64,000 nucleotides of DNA from Basidiobolus meristosporus CBS 931.73. Lineage: Eukaryota; Fungi; Basidiobolomycota. The DNA is taken from positions 62,001 to 126,000 of the forward strand of contig MCFE01000021.1 of NCBI GenBank assembly GCA_002104905.1, read 5' to 3'. Positions 1 through 15,763 of the stretch are shown one piece after another; the stretch's first letter is position 1, and every line of letters starts with the position of its first letter. Under the pieces are notes generated by a model, which was not told the origin of the DNA, searched no databases, and saw only the letters and a list, made by a program, of their open reading frames with translations. The position numbers and the translations under genes are program-made.

Positions 1-533
1 AAACCGGTGAGTTCTCGAGAAGTAAGCCCCTTCAATAATTGCAGTAGCGTTCGTGGAGGTTGCTGAAAGGTTCTAGTTTTGGCCGGCAATTCATCCTCCT
101 CCATCAATTCACGCACCCGTTTTGAGTGTAGGCCAAAAGTCAGCTTAGGGTCGGAAACAAAAGTCAAGATTGGGAATAGATGACGACTTGATTCCAAAAT
201 TTTTATCTTCTCCGTGGTCGATTGAGTACTCTTGAGACGAGTCTGGAGTTCAAGCAACTGCGCTAAATCAACATCATTCGATTTTAAAACCTCTGAGAAT
301 TCCGAGGTCTTATAAATGCGAGGATTTACTTCGCACTTTCTCCGAGTGGAAAATCCTCTGTGGGCCAAAATAGTAGCATTGTGGTTATCCCTAAGAGTGA
401 AAGGACGAGTAGCTAAAAGAGGACAACCCGAGGGCCTCGGTAGCTTAGGTTTACTGATCTCAGTACTGAGAGTTGGGGTGTATCTGAAAAGCTTATCCAA
501 CTGATGTACCAAGGAAGTTATCCGAGTTTTCAT
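1..533 (-). CDS. 5' part of a probable ATP-dependent DNA ligase (T4 gp30-like N-terminal DNA-binding domain) with a mitochondrial-type presequence; runs off the window edge
   Basis: Absent from the ORF track because there is no stop in the window. Open frame from ATG at 533 to base 1: MKTRITSLVHQLDKLFRY...AHRGFST...LQTRLKSTQSTTEKIKILESS..LFPILTFVSDPKLTFGL...TLLQLLKGLTSRELTG. This matches the recalled T4 ligase pattern L.S..ST..K..ILE ... TL..ML...LATRKLTG. The catalytic KxDG motif lies outside the window. Confidence 0.6.
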   Translation of the reverse strand, partial: MKTRITSLVHQLDKLFRYTPTLSTEISKPKLPRPSGCPLLATRPFTLRDNHNATILAHRGFSTRRKCEVNPRIYKTSEFSEVLKSNDVDLAQLLELQTRLKSTQSTTEKIKILESSRHLFPILTFVSDPKLTFGLHSKRVRELMEEDELPAKTRTFQQPPRTLLQLLKGLTSRELTG

Positions 534-938
534 AGTGGTGGAAACTCCTTTTGACAAACCTTCAAATGACCAATTTTGCCAGTTTTGCCATCAAACAAAA
601 ATGATTTAAAAAATTTGAATTAACCTTGATTACCGGAGGGCTGTCCATTGAGTGTATGATGCGGGTGGTTGACCAACGGGTTCTAGAATCGGATACCAAA
701 TTAAATGATTCGCTTAGACGCTCTACATACGTTATTCCACCTGGAATATATAGAAGGGGTCAGTAGAAATGTTGTTTTTCAGGTGTATTCTGGATTACCG
801 ATCTAGCCTTATTCACAAAAACATTTACAAAAAGAGCTTTAAATGGGAATTCTAGATTTAACTTGACATTGGTCATATGGTCAACACAGCTATAAAACTA
901 GATAGAGGTCGCCCGGATATCTGGTGTAATAAGTGAGT

Positions 939-2431
939 ATGACAGTGCTAAATGGTTCCGAGAAGCGTTCCTTGTCAGAGGAGGAGCAGAGTTGCAAAAA
1001 AGCCAAGTCTGTTTCCAACACCTTCAACTCTCGCTATTACGAGCCAGATTTCGTAAGCAACTTCAATCGCGGCTTCACTACTCGCATCCCTTTTCAGGAT
1101 GACCCCGAGAAGTCCCAAGCTTATACTCTTGGCTACCCCTTCCGAGCAGGCGCTTTGAGTGACGTTTTTGATCCCGATTTTCTGAAAGAAGTGAAGAAGG
1201 AGCTCCTCAATGAAGTCTTCTATCACAAGTCCAACGACCTGTACGAATTCTATCAATCGGAGGATTTGAAGCTCACCAAGAAACCCTACCTTTCAGCCTT
1301 GAGATCAGCCATCTTCAGTCCTGAATTTGTAAACCTCATGACTCGCTTAACCGGGATAAAGCTCAACTCCACTATAGATCTCGCTGGACAACGTTACAGT
1401 GATAAATCCTTTTTGTTGTGTCACGATGACGACGTCCGCAACGAGAATGAGGGGCGTCGCATAGCCTTTATTATCTACTTGGTTCCCGAGGATTGGTGCA
1501 AGGAAGATGGAGGATTGCTCAGTTTGTATTCCACGTATGTATCCCAGTTATTTTGAGGCCGAAGCATATTCGCAGTCGCTAAATCTTCCAATTCACTAGT
1601 GATATGCAAGACCAGCCCGCAGAGGTAATTCATTCCATTATCCCCAAATGGAACTCGGTTGCCTTCTTCCAGGTTGGAACCACCTCTTTCCATGAAGTGA
1701 CTGAAATCCTCACCGCGTCCAAAGACCGTGTTTCTATCACTGGCTGGTTCCATGGATCTGTTGATGATAATGCGGAAATTCCACTTCTAGAATATCAGCT
1801 GCTGAAACCTGAGCCTTCTCAATCAATTGAGGCATGGATCAACCCTAGATATCTCAACGAAGATGCCAGTAAACAGATCTCGGATATATTTTTGGAGCAG
1901 TCTAGTGTTGAGCTCCAGAAATTCTTGCGTCCTGAGGTGTACGATGAAGTCCTTAAAGCCTTATCCGATGCTTCTTGGTCCCGTTCGGTTGGTCCTGCCC
2001 ATGCTCGTCGTTACAGACGCATTGATTTTGATAATACTCCCAGAGCCGCACTCCTTCAATCCTTGCAAACATTCCTTCAGTCCAAGGAGTTCAGTCAATT
2101 CATTTGTAAGCTTACTAATCTTGAGCTTATCCATGTTTCCTGTGAAACACGCGCTTTTGGAAAGAGTGAATACACAATGTGTAACGACCAGGCACTTGAA
2201 AGAGAAGGCCTAGATGTAGTTCTTTCATTGATAGACAATGAATGGAATGAGGAATGGGGTGGTGCTACACACTACGTCGCCGAAGACGAAAATCTTTTGA
2301 CTTTGTGGCCCACAAAAAACACCCTTTCACTAGTTCTGCGAGATGAAGGAACCATGAGATTTGTACGCTACATCAATCACCACGCACAAATGGAGAGACG
2401 TGAAATGTCTTTAATTTTCACCGAGAATTGA
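939..2431 (+). CDS. TPA1: OGFOD1/Tpa1/Ofd1 prolyl hydroxylase (2OG-Fe(II) oxygenase plus degenerate C-terminal domain)
   Basis: LLCHDDD (HxD), RRIAFIIYLV, FHEV (distal His), RVSITGWFH. One GT-AG intron at 1535-1599 joins the two ORFs in frame. Confidence 0.9.
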
Positions 2432-2695
2432 GGGGTGAAGCATAGTTTTTTATGTATTCACTAATCTGCTGTCAATTTTGTCATAGAATTTAATAAACTT
2501 TATGGAACCCAAGCATGCAATAAATTGCCACTATTATACAGGAACAGAGCACTGTATCTCAATTCTTTGCCCTTTTCGGGACACTTTCCATCATTTCAAC
2601 ATCCACACGACCACCCTTCCATGATGATTCACTTTAACGGAGATCATTTAGGTAAATATGATCTTTATATAGCACGACTACAAAGCGAGGACTTC

Positions 2696-2711
2696 ATATA
2701 TATATATATAT
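2696..2711. repeat. (TA)n microsatellite
   Basis: Run of alternating TA between the converging 3' ends of TPA1 and CUL1. Confidence 0.8.
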
Positions 2712-2795
2712 TGGTCAAGTGCAGAGCCGAAAAATTATAAGATATCAATATTATAGAGGCAGATTTTATGTGTATACTTGGTGCGAAATTGGTAT

Positions 2796-6189
<3,394 letters not shown>

Positions 6190-6851
6190 GTTTTACTACC
6201 AATGTGAACCACTGTACAGCGTATTTGGTATGCTACAATGATTACGGCCTTACAATAAGTAATATTTAGAATATCAGAATAGATATGGTGAATTCCAAAT
6301 GAGCGCAATGATTGCATCAGACTCAAAACTCCAGAAAATGATTATGGTACAGGGGATAAGCTCAATTTGAGATCACATTTCTGGACTTTACGTAATAACC
6401 AGGTTCATTGCAGAAAATTCGTGACGAATACAGACTCGATAAAATGGTAAGATCGGATTTCTCAGACACTCCCATCGCACTCTTGTTGCTAGTAGCTTGA
6501 AGAAGGGGGACGATTGCTTATCTAATCAAGCTTGGCAGATTGTATGGTATAATTGTAAACTCAGGCATAACTCCTCAATCTATTCCATATTCTTTTTGAA
6601 TATGTACGAAAGGTCAGAGGCCGACATGTACAAGTAGGGTTATTTTCTGCAACTTCTGGACCCTTGCTACTTGCAAGTGAACTTCTAGAACACAAATTTC
6701 CAGTTTATTTTTAATCGAGTTCAATTGATATGAGAGGACAAAAAGGGCAAAATTTCAATATAAATTTCTAGACATTCAAATGGGGCCACCCAAGTGTAAT
6801 TGAAATTCATTTATATACAGGCAATCAACGAAAGATTCCACAGGTCGTCAG

Positions 6852-8048
6852 TTAGGGCTCCCATCCCAGGTGCTTTCTTTGTAAAACTGAACAGGTTGAC
6901 TGGCTGCGCGCTCTTCCTTCACAGGACTCTTTGTGGGTAAAAGGTGGTGCTGGCGGACTATACTGGGGAACTGGAGGCTGTGGTGGTAGTGAACGCCACG
7001 AGTAGGATTTCGAGCGGAAGCGCGAATGAGGAGGGGCGGATTTTGTGGATATACGACGATGTAGATCAACTTCAGGTTTGGACTCTGGTATGCTGTATAG
7101 ACAGGATGTTCTGTTTCCTGCCAGTTGATTCTGATATCCAAAATTTGAAATATTAGATTTAATTGTGGTGAACCATAGTTGAAGTTCTTGCTCAGACTCA
7201 AATTGCAAGTGCCATGACTGTGTATTCTCTTTGCAAGATGGTGTGGTGATCTGAAGTATACTTCGTCTATTCGAAAATCGGTCGAGAATTTCTACTTCGG
7301 TGTCTGGCATTATGACCAGTGCGCTTTCACAGCTGGTTGTTGGTGAACAGTTCTTGAAGCGGAGCAGCCGAAATTGGGTTAATATGAAATAGCGACGTTT
7401 CCAGATATGGTGTGTCAAGAACGTCGAGTTATATCTACAAGCCCAGCTCGCCAATAATGCTAATGACGCTGCTTTCTGAAAGGTCATCTGTGTACTATCA
7501 GCAGTAAGGGATACTGATAGTGAACCTCGCAGTAAAGGTAGTGTTGTTATCACGGTTGCTTTGTCCTTTTTGATAAAAGAGCCGCCATTGACGGGTATCG
7601 GGGCTCCGGATACCTGTGAAAATACCGCCGATAAATATTTAAGCTTTGACTGCTTTTCGGGTTCGTATGCTTTTTCAAGACACGTTTCAAGCCCTTTTAA
7701 GAGATGGAGAACACGCGAAGACATTTGAGGACAGCCCAACGACATATCATTGGTTTTCGATATTTCTGTGTTTTCAGTGAATATGTCAGCTTCGTTCCTT
7801 TTTGTCGTAGATTTGCGGTTTGTCTCAATTTTTTGCTGTTGCAATATGCGACTAAGGCTATCACGCATGAACTCCAACTCGTGAACATAGTCGAAACTAA
7901 GCAAGTGTTGTTTGGGTAGGAATTTGTCGTTGATTGTCTGATCTACATCATCAATTGGATGAATAATACAGTCGTCGTTTGCATAGTGGTGAGCTTTCAA
8001 TTCACCAAGCGCCAACGGGTTTGTGATTATTGAAACGGGTGCTGCCAT
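6852..8048 (-). CDS. PH-domain protein with proline-rich C-terminus, single exon
   Basis: 398-aa ORF with WKRRYFILTQFRLLRFK ... WHLQFESEQELQLWFTTIK (PH strands and terminal helix) and a PPQPPVPQYSPPAPP tail. Confidence 0.75.
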   Translation of the reverse strand: MAAPVSIITNPLALGELKAHHYANDDCIIHPIDDVDQTINDKFLPKQHLLSFDYVHELEFMRDSLSRILQQQKIETNRKSTTKRNEADIFTENTEISKTNDMSLGCPQMSSRVLHLLKGLETCLEKAYEPEKQSKLKYLSAVFSQVSGAPIPVNGGSFIKKDKATVITTLPLLRGSLSVSLTADSTQMTFQKAASLALLASWACRYNSTFLTHHIWKRRYFILTQFRLLRFKNCSPTTSCESALVIMPDTEVEILDRFSNRRSILQITTPSCKENTQSWHLQFESEQELQLWFTTIKSNISNFGYQNQLAGNRTSCLYSIPESKPEVDLHRRISTKSAPPHSRFRSKSYSWRSLPPQPPVPQYSPPAPPFTHKESCEGRARSQSTCSVLQRKHLGWEP

Positions 8049-8887
8049 CCGTAGATAAAATAGACGAGGTGGAGTGTACCAGTAACTGTTGATAAATTCA
8101 CAAAAGCCAGGCTTTAGCTATAGTCGAGTGTGTAGTAATAGGGTGAGGAGGTGGAATTGCTTTGATACTCTAGATATCGCTTTGTTACTAAATGCGAAAT
8201 ATTCGAATGGAAAAAGAGTCCAAAAAAAATATCAACACCATTTAACGAACTGAAATACTAGAAAACGCGAAGTGCAGAGTGGATTAGGTCTCACATATCT
8301 CATCTAAACATACGCAATAACCACTCAACATATGCTTCCTCAATAAATGTGAACAAATTGATGGATGACCAAGATATGATGGAACAATTGTTCTCGATCT
8401 ATTGGCTCGTTATCACATTTCGCCACGGTGTACTTCATCATGTAAAGCAGAGTGGCCAAGGCCATTTTTATCAACCTTTCAATCACATTATGCATCATCG
8501 ATTCCTGCAGCGTATCCAGTCGGGTTTTCGACCATGCGGTAGATGTGACTTAATATCGATCTGACCACTTAATTAGGCATGAATATATATATTCTGGTTT
8601 CCCGAGTACGAATCTTCCCAAGACCCTGGGTTATTGTGTAAGTTATACCTTGATGGCCCAAACCTATAGGCTCAAACATTGACGAGATAGTCTCTGAGAG
8701 CTTTTATTAGTCAGCAAGTAGAATGCCAGTTTTAGCTTGATGTGATCGACGATGTGTCCATCACAATATGGAGCATTATTTGTAGCATGGGCAAACGTTA
8801 AAGGTACAGCTAGGAAGTATACAGGGTTACTTTCGTCCGGCCAGCTACTGGCTATCCTGGTAACTGGGTGCGGTAAAGGGTGCTGAT

Positions 8888-10404
8888 TCAAGAGAATTGC
8901 TGCTGCACTACAGCTGTGCCAAAATATTGAATCAGATCTTCAGCTAACAACTCTGGGACCTCAAGAGCTGCGAAGTGACCTCCCTGAAGCGAGATATCGG
9001 TTAGTCTCAAGTACTAGTAGCGTCATAGCAAAGTGCAGATATTCACATGATCGTGGTGACTCATCCATTGTATATTGAGTTCGGCTTCCAACCATTCCTT
9101 AGGCAGCTATCAAAGCAAATCCATCAGAAACTAGTGTAGATTAATTTTGCTATGTCAAGTACCTGAACCAGCTCCTCTTTGAAATTACTAATCCCGACAG
9201 GGCATTCAACGCGATATGGCTGATGTTTCTTATTTCCTATTATAGGGTTACTCGCATTCATGGCTTCGTAATAGAGACGCATGCTAGAAGTAATAGTTCC
9301 GGTGGTATAGTATATCATAACATTAGTCAACACCTCATCCCGAGTGAATGCTGACTCATAATTGTTTGCAGGTCTGCTGTCTGACCATGCTGCGAATTTC
9401 TCAAGAATCCAAGCTATGTAAAGGTTAGTTCGATCTGGAAATATGTATTCATATTATTATTAGTATAGCATACCAAGCAAGCCAACCGGCGAATCGGTCA
9501 AGGCATAACCCAGGGTTTGTGGCTTAGTTCCTTGAATAGATGAATAGCCAGTCCCATTTTCCCGGAATAGCATGGATTTATGAAGCCCTTGAACCTCTGC
9601 TGCAGTATACACCCACTCAGGCTTGAAGAATGATATCATCATTCGAGCAAATTTCATAGGAGTCCAATAGCTGGGCCGACCTGCAACAGCCATATTCAGA
9701 TGTATTGCTTTACAGTTTCTTGGGAAGTCATGAGCAATTTGACGTGAGATAAAAGAGCCCCAATCTCCCCCTTGTGCAGCTATTTGTAATATCAGCCCGC
9801 TGTGTAAGAGCAGTCAATTCTAAAACAACCTTACCGTATCGCAAGTACCCCAAATTGACCATTAGTTCGTTTAAAGTCTTTGCCATTTCACCTATTCCAA
9901 AGCCGGGACGTTTGGGAGCTATTTGTCAAGAATGGTTATAAAGATTCAACTTACAGATTCCCTAACTTCACTCTTACCACTGGAATATCCATAGCCAGGT
10001 AAACTAGGAATTACCAGGTCAAAGCTCTCTCTTAATCTTCCTATAATTTTTCCAAATTCCATGAAGGAGCCTGGCCAGCCGTGAATAAGGAGCAAAGGGA
10101 TACGTGTTTCTCTCGACTGTTCCTCATTCTCGCTATCTGACTTCTTTACTAGTATATAATGTAAATCGATGCCGTTACACTCCATTTTGTAGTGGTCCAA
10201 TTCATTGAACTTCTGGACTTGTTTGGACCAGTCGAAATCCTTCTCCCAGTACTCCGCCAAACTCTTTAGCGTGGCTTTTGGTGTCCCATATGTCCAGCCA
10301 ACGTCTTCCAATTCATCTGGATATTGGGCTTGAGCTAACCGTTCCCGAAGCCTTTTAACTTGCTCCTCTGAATAAGGTATTTTGAAAGGGACTGCTGCAA
10401 CCAT
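8888..10404 (-). CDS. Microsomal-type epoxide hydrolase (EHN domain plus alpha/beta hydrolase), multi-exon
   Basis: PFKI..SEEQVKRLRERL, YW..DFDW, LLLIHGWPGSF, VIPSLPGYGYS, nucleophile GGDWGS, TKPQTLGYALTDSPVGL, SSMRLYYE, catalytic GGHFAALEVPELL. An alternative in-frame ATG is at 10446. Confidence 0.9.
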
Positions 10405-12006
10405 GGTTTTGTATGAGATATTAAGCATGATTGCACCATTGGGCATTTAAATAATCCAGTCATTGGACACGAGCGAATGAGACATCATAAACTAAAAATA
10501 GTAGTATATAAAATTTATTGGTACTGCTATCCTCATCTGTTTCAAATTCGTGGACGTCTGATCAGCTTCGTCATTCAATATATTTCTAATGGAAATTCTT
10601 GGGTATTAGAAGGAATTTGGAAATGATGGCCACTGCACAATTTAGAGGACTAGAGCAAATAGTACTTGAATCCTATTCACCAATACCCACAGATTCCAAG
10701 TAAGATGCGTATTTATACACTATGTTCATTCAAACCTCAACAGACGTGTTGCTTATCGCAAATGATACAAGTCAACCAGACCTGTAGTAAACAGATGCAC
10801 TAAACATGTGGTTCTGGAAATATCTTGGGCTTTACTTGCAGTGCATTGATTAAACTAGTTCACATCAGTCCTCTTGCGTTTCACAATATTCCTGTCATCA
10901 AATTCAACCGTTCTTACGATTCATGGTCGTAGTATTTGCAATAGGATAACATTCTTACGTCGGCTAGCAACAAGACACGAACAATAAAGACTGGTATTGG
11001 ATATGGCTAAATAGTTCTATTCGATAATTCTGGCTGTTGCGCATCAAGGTTATAATACCCTAGTAGTTGCGACAATGAGGACACTTGATTAAAAAAGACC
11101 GTTTAAAATAGATATTATCTTGGATGTGTGCTTCTTGGCTGAAACTTGCAAGAATAGTTTCCTGTCGACTTTCATTACCAAATATACGTGTCATCGAAGA
11201 TAACGGCTTCGGCATTGTATACTTTCAAAGTTTATTCTAGTCCTGAGTAGCCTTAGAGAATTGCTTGGAAATGCCTTCATACTATACTACAGACTGTTTC
11301 AGGTGCGGTGAAACCCTGTCCAAGTGAATGTCTTGCACTTGTGCTGATTGCTATTGCCAGGCCAACATGAATTACCGGTAGACAGCTGCTCCCGAGTGCA
11401 CCTCTGTATGGTCTACCGTTGTTAATGGAACGGCCCATTGTTTGCAGGAGCTTGGCTGGGTATTATCGGTTTGATCTACTATAGTTCCTCAAACAGCAGA
11501 TTGTGTATAAACAAAAGCGCTCCTGAATATACTATGTTTTGATCAACATGTTTGAGTGCATCCTCCAGGAAAATTATGAGAACATTCAAAACTTATTGAC
11601 ATCATCAACAATAGCAGGCCCCATAACCCAAGATTAAGCAGTAACTACCTCAAACATGGACTTACATCAGAACTGTGCAGATAATGCCAGCTTTCCATTC
11701 AATGGATAGCTAAGATTGCGATTTATAAAGCGAGGACGATCCCGTCTTGCTGCCCGAAGACTTGGTGTCTCTGGCTTGTTTGACCTCACTTGACTTCGCT
11801 GTCCTCAAAACTTAAAGATTTCGAGATCCTGTGACATAGTACATACGCTTTGATTCCCTTAGTCTTCTTCCTGGATTTTTCAAATCTGTATCGATAATTG
11901 ATAGAGGCCTTGCCCATCTAACGATTATACTACCTTGAACGTCTCTACCACTAAACGATATCGAAGAATATTACGAGACACTAGATAACTCTTTAACATA
12001 TACACA

Positions 12007-13067
12007 ATGGTGAATTGGAAACCACTTCCGCTTTTACTAACGTATCTAGTAGAATATGCCTTAGTGCGAGCTCAAACTCCAGGATGGCCTCAGTGGGATC
12101 AACCACCGCCAAGTATTCCTGAATTCAAGAATTTGATCTCAAATATGAGTTTACCAAAGATACCGCCTAGACCACAGGCACCTGCTGGTTCACCCCCTAT
12201 GTGTACGCAAAATCCTTGCGGTCCAGATTGCGGTTGTTGGTGGACATGTGGAAACTGTGTTCGTCCAGATGATATAGTAGCCTGTCCACAACCTAAAGTG
12301 TGGGGACTTACTTTTGATGATGGGCCATCAACAAACACCTCCTTCCTTTTGGACTACTTGAAGCAACAAAACCTTAAAGCCATGTTTTGTGTAATTGGCA
12401 GTCGAGTGGTGGAGCGTCCTGACATCCTTCGAAGAGCCTACGCTGAAGGTAACAGGTTTCCACAATCCCTTCTCCTTCAAACTTGCTTAACCAATGTCTA
12501 GGTCATGAAATTTGTTCTCATACTTGGAGCCATCGTGGATTAACCACCCAGACCAACGAGCAGGTTGTTGCTGAAATTAAATGGACTGAAAAAGCAATCT
12601 TTGACACAATAGGTGTGATTCCAAAATACATGAGACCACCTTTCGGAGATATTGACGATCGAATTCGAGAGATAATGCGAAACTTGGGTTACAAAGTAGT
12701 CCTGTGGGATATGGATACGTCAGACTGGAAACTTAATGACCCTAGTAGTAACTACAATCCAGCCAACGTAGAGCAGACGTTCCGGGACTTTCTCAATGTA
12801 CGTGCACCCACGCTTAACCAAGGAGTAATCTCACTCGAGCATGATTTAAGAATGGAAGGCGTTCAGCAATTTCCGATTGCAGTTGAAATGATGAAGGCTG
12901 CCGGATACTCTATGATGAGCATAGGCCAATGCTTGAATGACCCAAAGATCTATCAAAATCAGGTGGTTGGGACTATCAACGCAAAATCCGCCAGCCCAGT
13001 TTTGAGTGCTGTAAATCCATACCTATTTCTCGGTCTGCTACTGGTGAATATGGCAAAGTTCTACTGA
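12007..13067 (+). CDS. Secreted, probably GPI-anchored chitin deacetylase (CE4)
   Basis: Signal peptide, Cys-rich CWWTCGNC segment, motifs TFDDGP, HTWSH, RPPFGD, DWK, LEHD, and a hydrophobic C-terminal tail. Intron at 12449-12501. Confidence 0.92.
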
Positions 13068-13274
13068 ATCTTGGAGCATGCACGTGTCATCCTAGAGTCG
13101 TTTGAAAAGCGATTTTTGCGGCAATATATACACTCTCTTTATAAACCCTTAACTCTCCACAAGTATTCCGCTAGAACTGTATTACTACACTCCTTCGAGC
13201 CATCCTGACCTAATGACAAATAAAAATAGGGAAAAGACCTCGACAATTTGGATTAACAAGTACTATCTCCCAGT

Positions 13275-14240
13275 TTATTGAAATTTCACCGCCATGAAAT
13301 CAAACATTGGTAGAATGTGCTTCCTGAACACCTCACCTCCATCCTCAATACAGAAGTCGAAACAATGGCCTGCTCCTGGGACAATATCCAGCGTCACTTC
13401 CACTCCCAATCTCTTACACGCGCTCTCTATCTCTTTCGGATGCTCACTTGGAACCAACAAGTCATTAGCACCATGTACGAGGTAGATAGGAGGATAATTT
13501 TCATTGATCATAGATGAAGGAGTTAATTTTTCCAACTTACTAATGTTCTCAGATGATCTAGGGTTGAATCCAATTATCAAGGGGGCAAGGATGCCTAATT
13601 CACGAAACTTCGTGTTCCGGACGTTTCGTTTCGAATTGAAATTCACATTATATATAGTTGGGACGCCGTCTTCTAACTCGATTTTTACTGGTTCGCCAGT
13701 AGGCAGAGGACTGGTTTTTGTAGCATCGATTTCCTGCATGAGCTTTTGAATCTCGCTGAACTCTTCAGAACTGTATGATTTTTCAGACGAAATAGTTCTA
13801 CAGTCATTATAAGGATAGATACCCACCAACGCTACTGGCTTTGGTGAGCAGTAATATCCGGATAAGACGGCTGCATTACCGCCAGCGGAACCACCAACAA
13901 CGATGATTCTTGATGTATCGATTGACGAAAAGCTACATGCGTTAGGCAGCGCCTCATGCACCCATGTATAGGCATCTTTAACATCTTGAAGGATCTCTGC
14001 TTGTTTAGTCTCAGGAGCCAAACGATAATCAATGGAGACTACAACCCAATTACGCCGGACTGCCTCAGTAACAAAAGATTTAGGAATAGTTTTACGGTCA
14101 CCACGTATGTAGTACCCTCCATGGATGTACATTATCACAGGGGCATTAGAGTCGACAGGACAGAGAGGAGTATAAACGTCTGCATGAATCTTGGTCTCTT
14201 CGATCTCTTTGTAAATGAAGGTGCTTAATGAGTATGTCAT
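13275..14240 (-). CDS. HSL-family esterase (alpha/beta hydrolase), intronless
   Basis: HGGY oxyanion loop, VSIDYRLAPE, GGSAGG nucleophile elbow, HGANDLLVP (Asp), GAGHCFD (His). Confidence 0.9.
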   Translation of the reverse strand: MTYSLSTFIYKEIEETKIHADVYTPLCPVDSNAPVIMYIHGGYYIRGDRKTIPKSFVTEAVRRNWVVVSIDYRLAPETKQAEILQDVKDAYTWVHEALPNACSFSSIDTSRIIVVGGSAGGNAAVLSGYYCSPKPVALVGIYPYNDCRTISSEKSYSSEEFSEIQKLMQEIDATKTSPLPTGEPVKIELEDGVPTIYNVNFNSKRNVRNTKFRELGILAPLIIGFNPRSSENISKLEKLTPSSMINENYPPIYLVHGANDLLVPSEHPKEIESACKRLGVEVTLDIVPGAGHCFDFCIEDGGEVFRKHILPMFDFMAVKFQ

Positions 14241-15763
14241 GTTCTGGCTTGGATTGCCATGCAGTTGATGCTTTCGTATATACTGTTTGCCACGTCATGT
14301 AGAGCCCATGATTGGGTCAATCTGAAGCTCAACGTGTGATGTATGAATCGTGATTATTCTCACCAATTTAGTTCTGGAGGTTGATTTCAATCGTTTCATT
14401 ACCTATCTGCATATAAATAACCCAAGAACACAAGAAGTGAAGTGAATAATATAATGTATTACTAACGTAAGTCTTACCAGTATAATAATGTTCCAAACCA
14501 GTCAGTGGCTTACTCCAGTGAGTAGTATGATGACGCTTTACAATTCAGAGTCGAAAATGTAATCGTAAGCTTTTCGGAATCGAAGAGATAATACACTAAG
14601 GAGAACTGTAGCCGCTATATTCGTAACATTCATCTGATATACGTGCATAGAGCAACTGAAGTGATACCATTTTTTGGATAGCGACTCCAGAAAACTGGAA
14701 GTGTATGGTCTATCATACATCATACCACAACAGGAATAATCCAGAGATTGAATGTATTTCCGCACAATGGTATAGAGTAACAGCCAGATGGAGATTTTTC
14801 AGGATGTTGGCTGACCTATCTGCAACAAGAAATTTCGTACAACTTGATAAACTCATATAACGAACAAGTTAGATCAAGCACAACGGCATTGTTTAATGAA
14901 ATGATGAAAAATACTTCACGAATTCCCGTTGTAGAATAAATTAAACTAGCCAGTTACATTCCATTCAACGCCATCAACACATTCCAATTTCCTTAAAAGA
15001 AACAACTAGAAGAGGACAGGCTTGAAAACCATTTAAACTCAATGGGTGGCTGAACTTGATGATCACAATTGCCAGACACCGTTTCAAACAAGTAAGAGCT
15101 TGTTGATCTCAAACTCCGTACCATACAGAAAGATAATGAATCTTCAGGCGTAATTAGTAACAAATTACAACTGATTACTCCATCGATTGTTAACTACTCA
15201 TTCAGCCTATGGGCTCATGAAGCAGTGACGTTAGTAAACTCGAAGACTGCTCGCGATCATGGTTTCTCACTAATGTTAATATCATGGTTCCCGGTTAACG
15301 GTTTCAAACTAATTTGTATACTCGCCGGTTTTAGAAAAGCAAAGAATATACCATTTATTATACCCAGGACTAAACCAAAATTGTCGGCATAGGTCGTCAA
15401 CGCTGATGACCATGACACGTCGTCCAAGATACCTCATAAAAGCACCTTCTGTTCAATTATTTAACAAAAATAAGAGAACTTCTAAAACTGGATGATCATT
15501 GTTTCCAATTGGTAATGAATTTATTTAGATACTGATTGTTCAAAACTGGAAATCATCTGGTAATCGTTGGGCTCCTTGTCACACTATGTACTCTATAAAA
15601 CCCTCCGATTAAGAGATTTTGTATGTGGTATTTCTTAATCAATTCCTTCGCTCTTTCGTAACTCGACAACCGTCTCTGGGTTGCGCTTCGCTCGTCTAGA
15701 TTCAACTCTTGAATCTCCGTTATTTGTAGTTAGGGCGTAGTGGATTCTTTTTCCAGTTTACCC

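Noticed and set aside
316-504. 62-aa + strand ORF
   Set aside because: Antisense shadow of the longer minus-strand ligase-like frame.
8349-8891. Short ORFs between the PH gene and the epoxide hydrolase
   Set aside because: No recognisable motif or consistent exon chain.
10500-11950. 1.4-kb gap with Cys-rich short frames and a GTAAGA donor-like site
   Set aside because: Every attempted splice hit stops within a few codons; no family could be assigned.
14300-15500. Hydrophobic short frames on the minus strand
   Set aside because: Too fragmented to call a gene or pseudogene.
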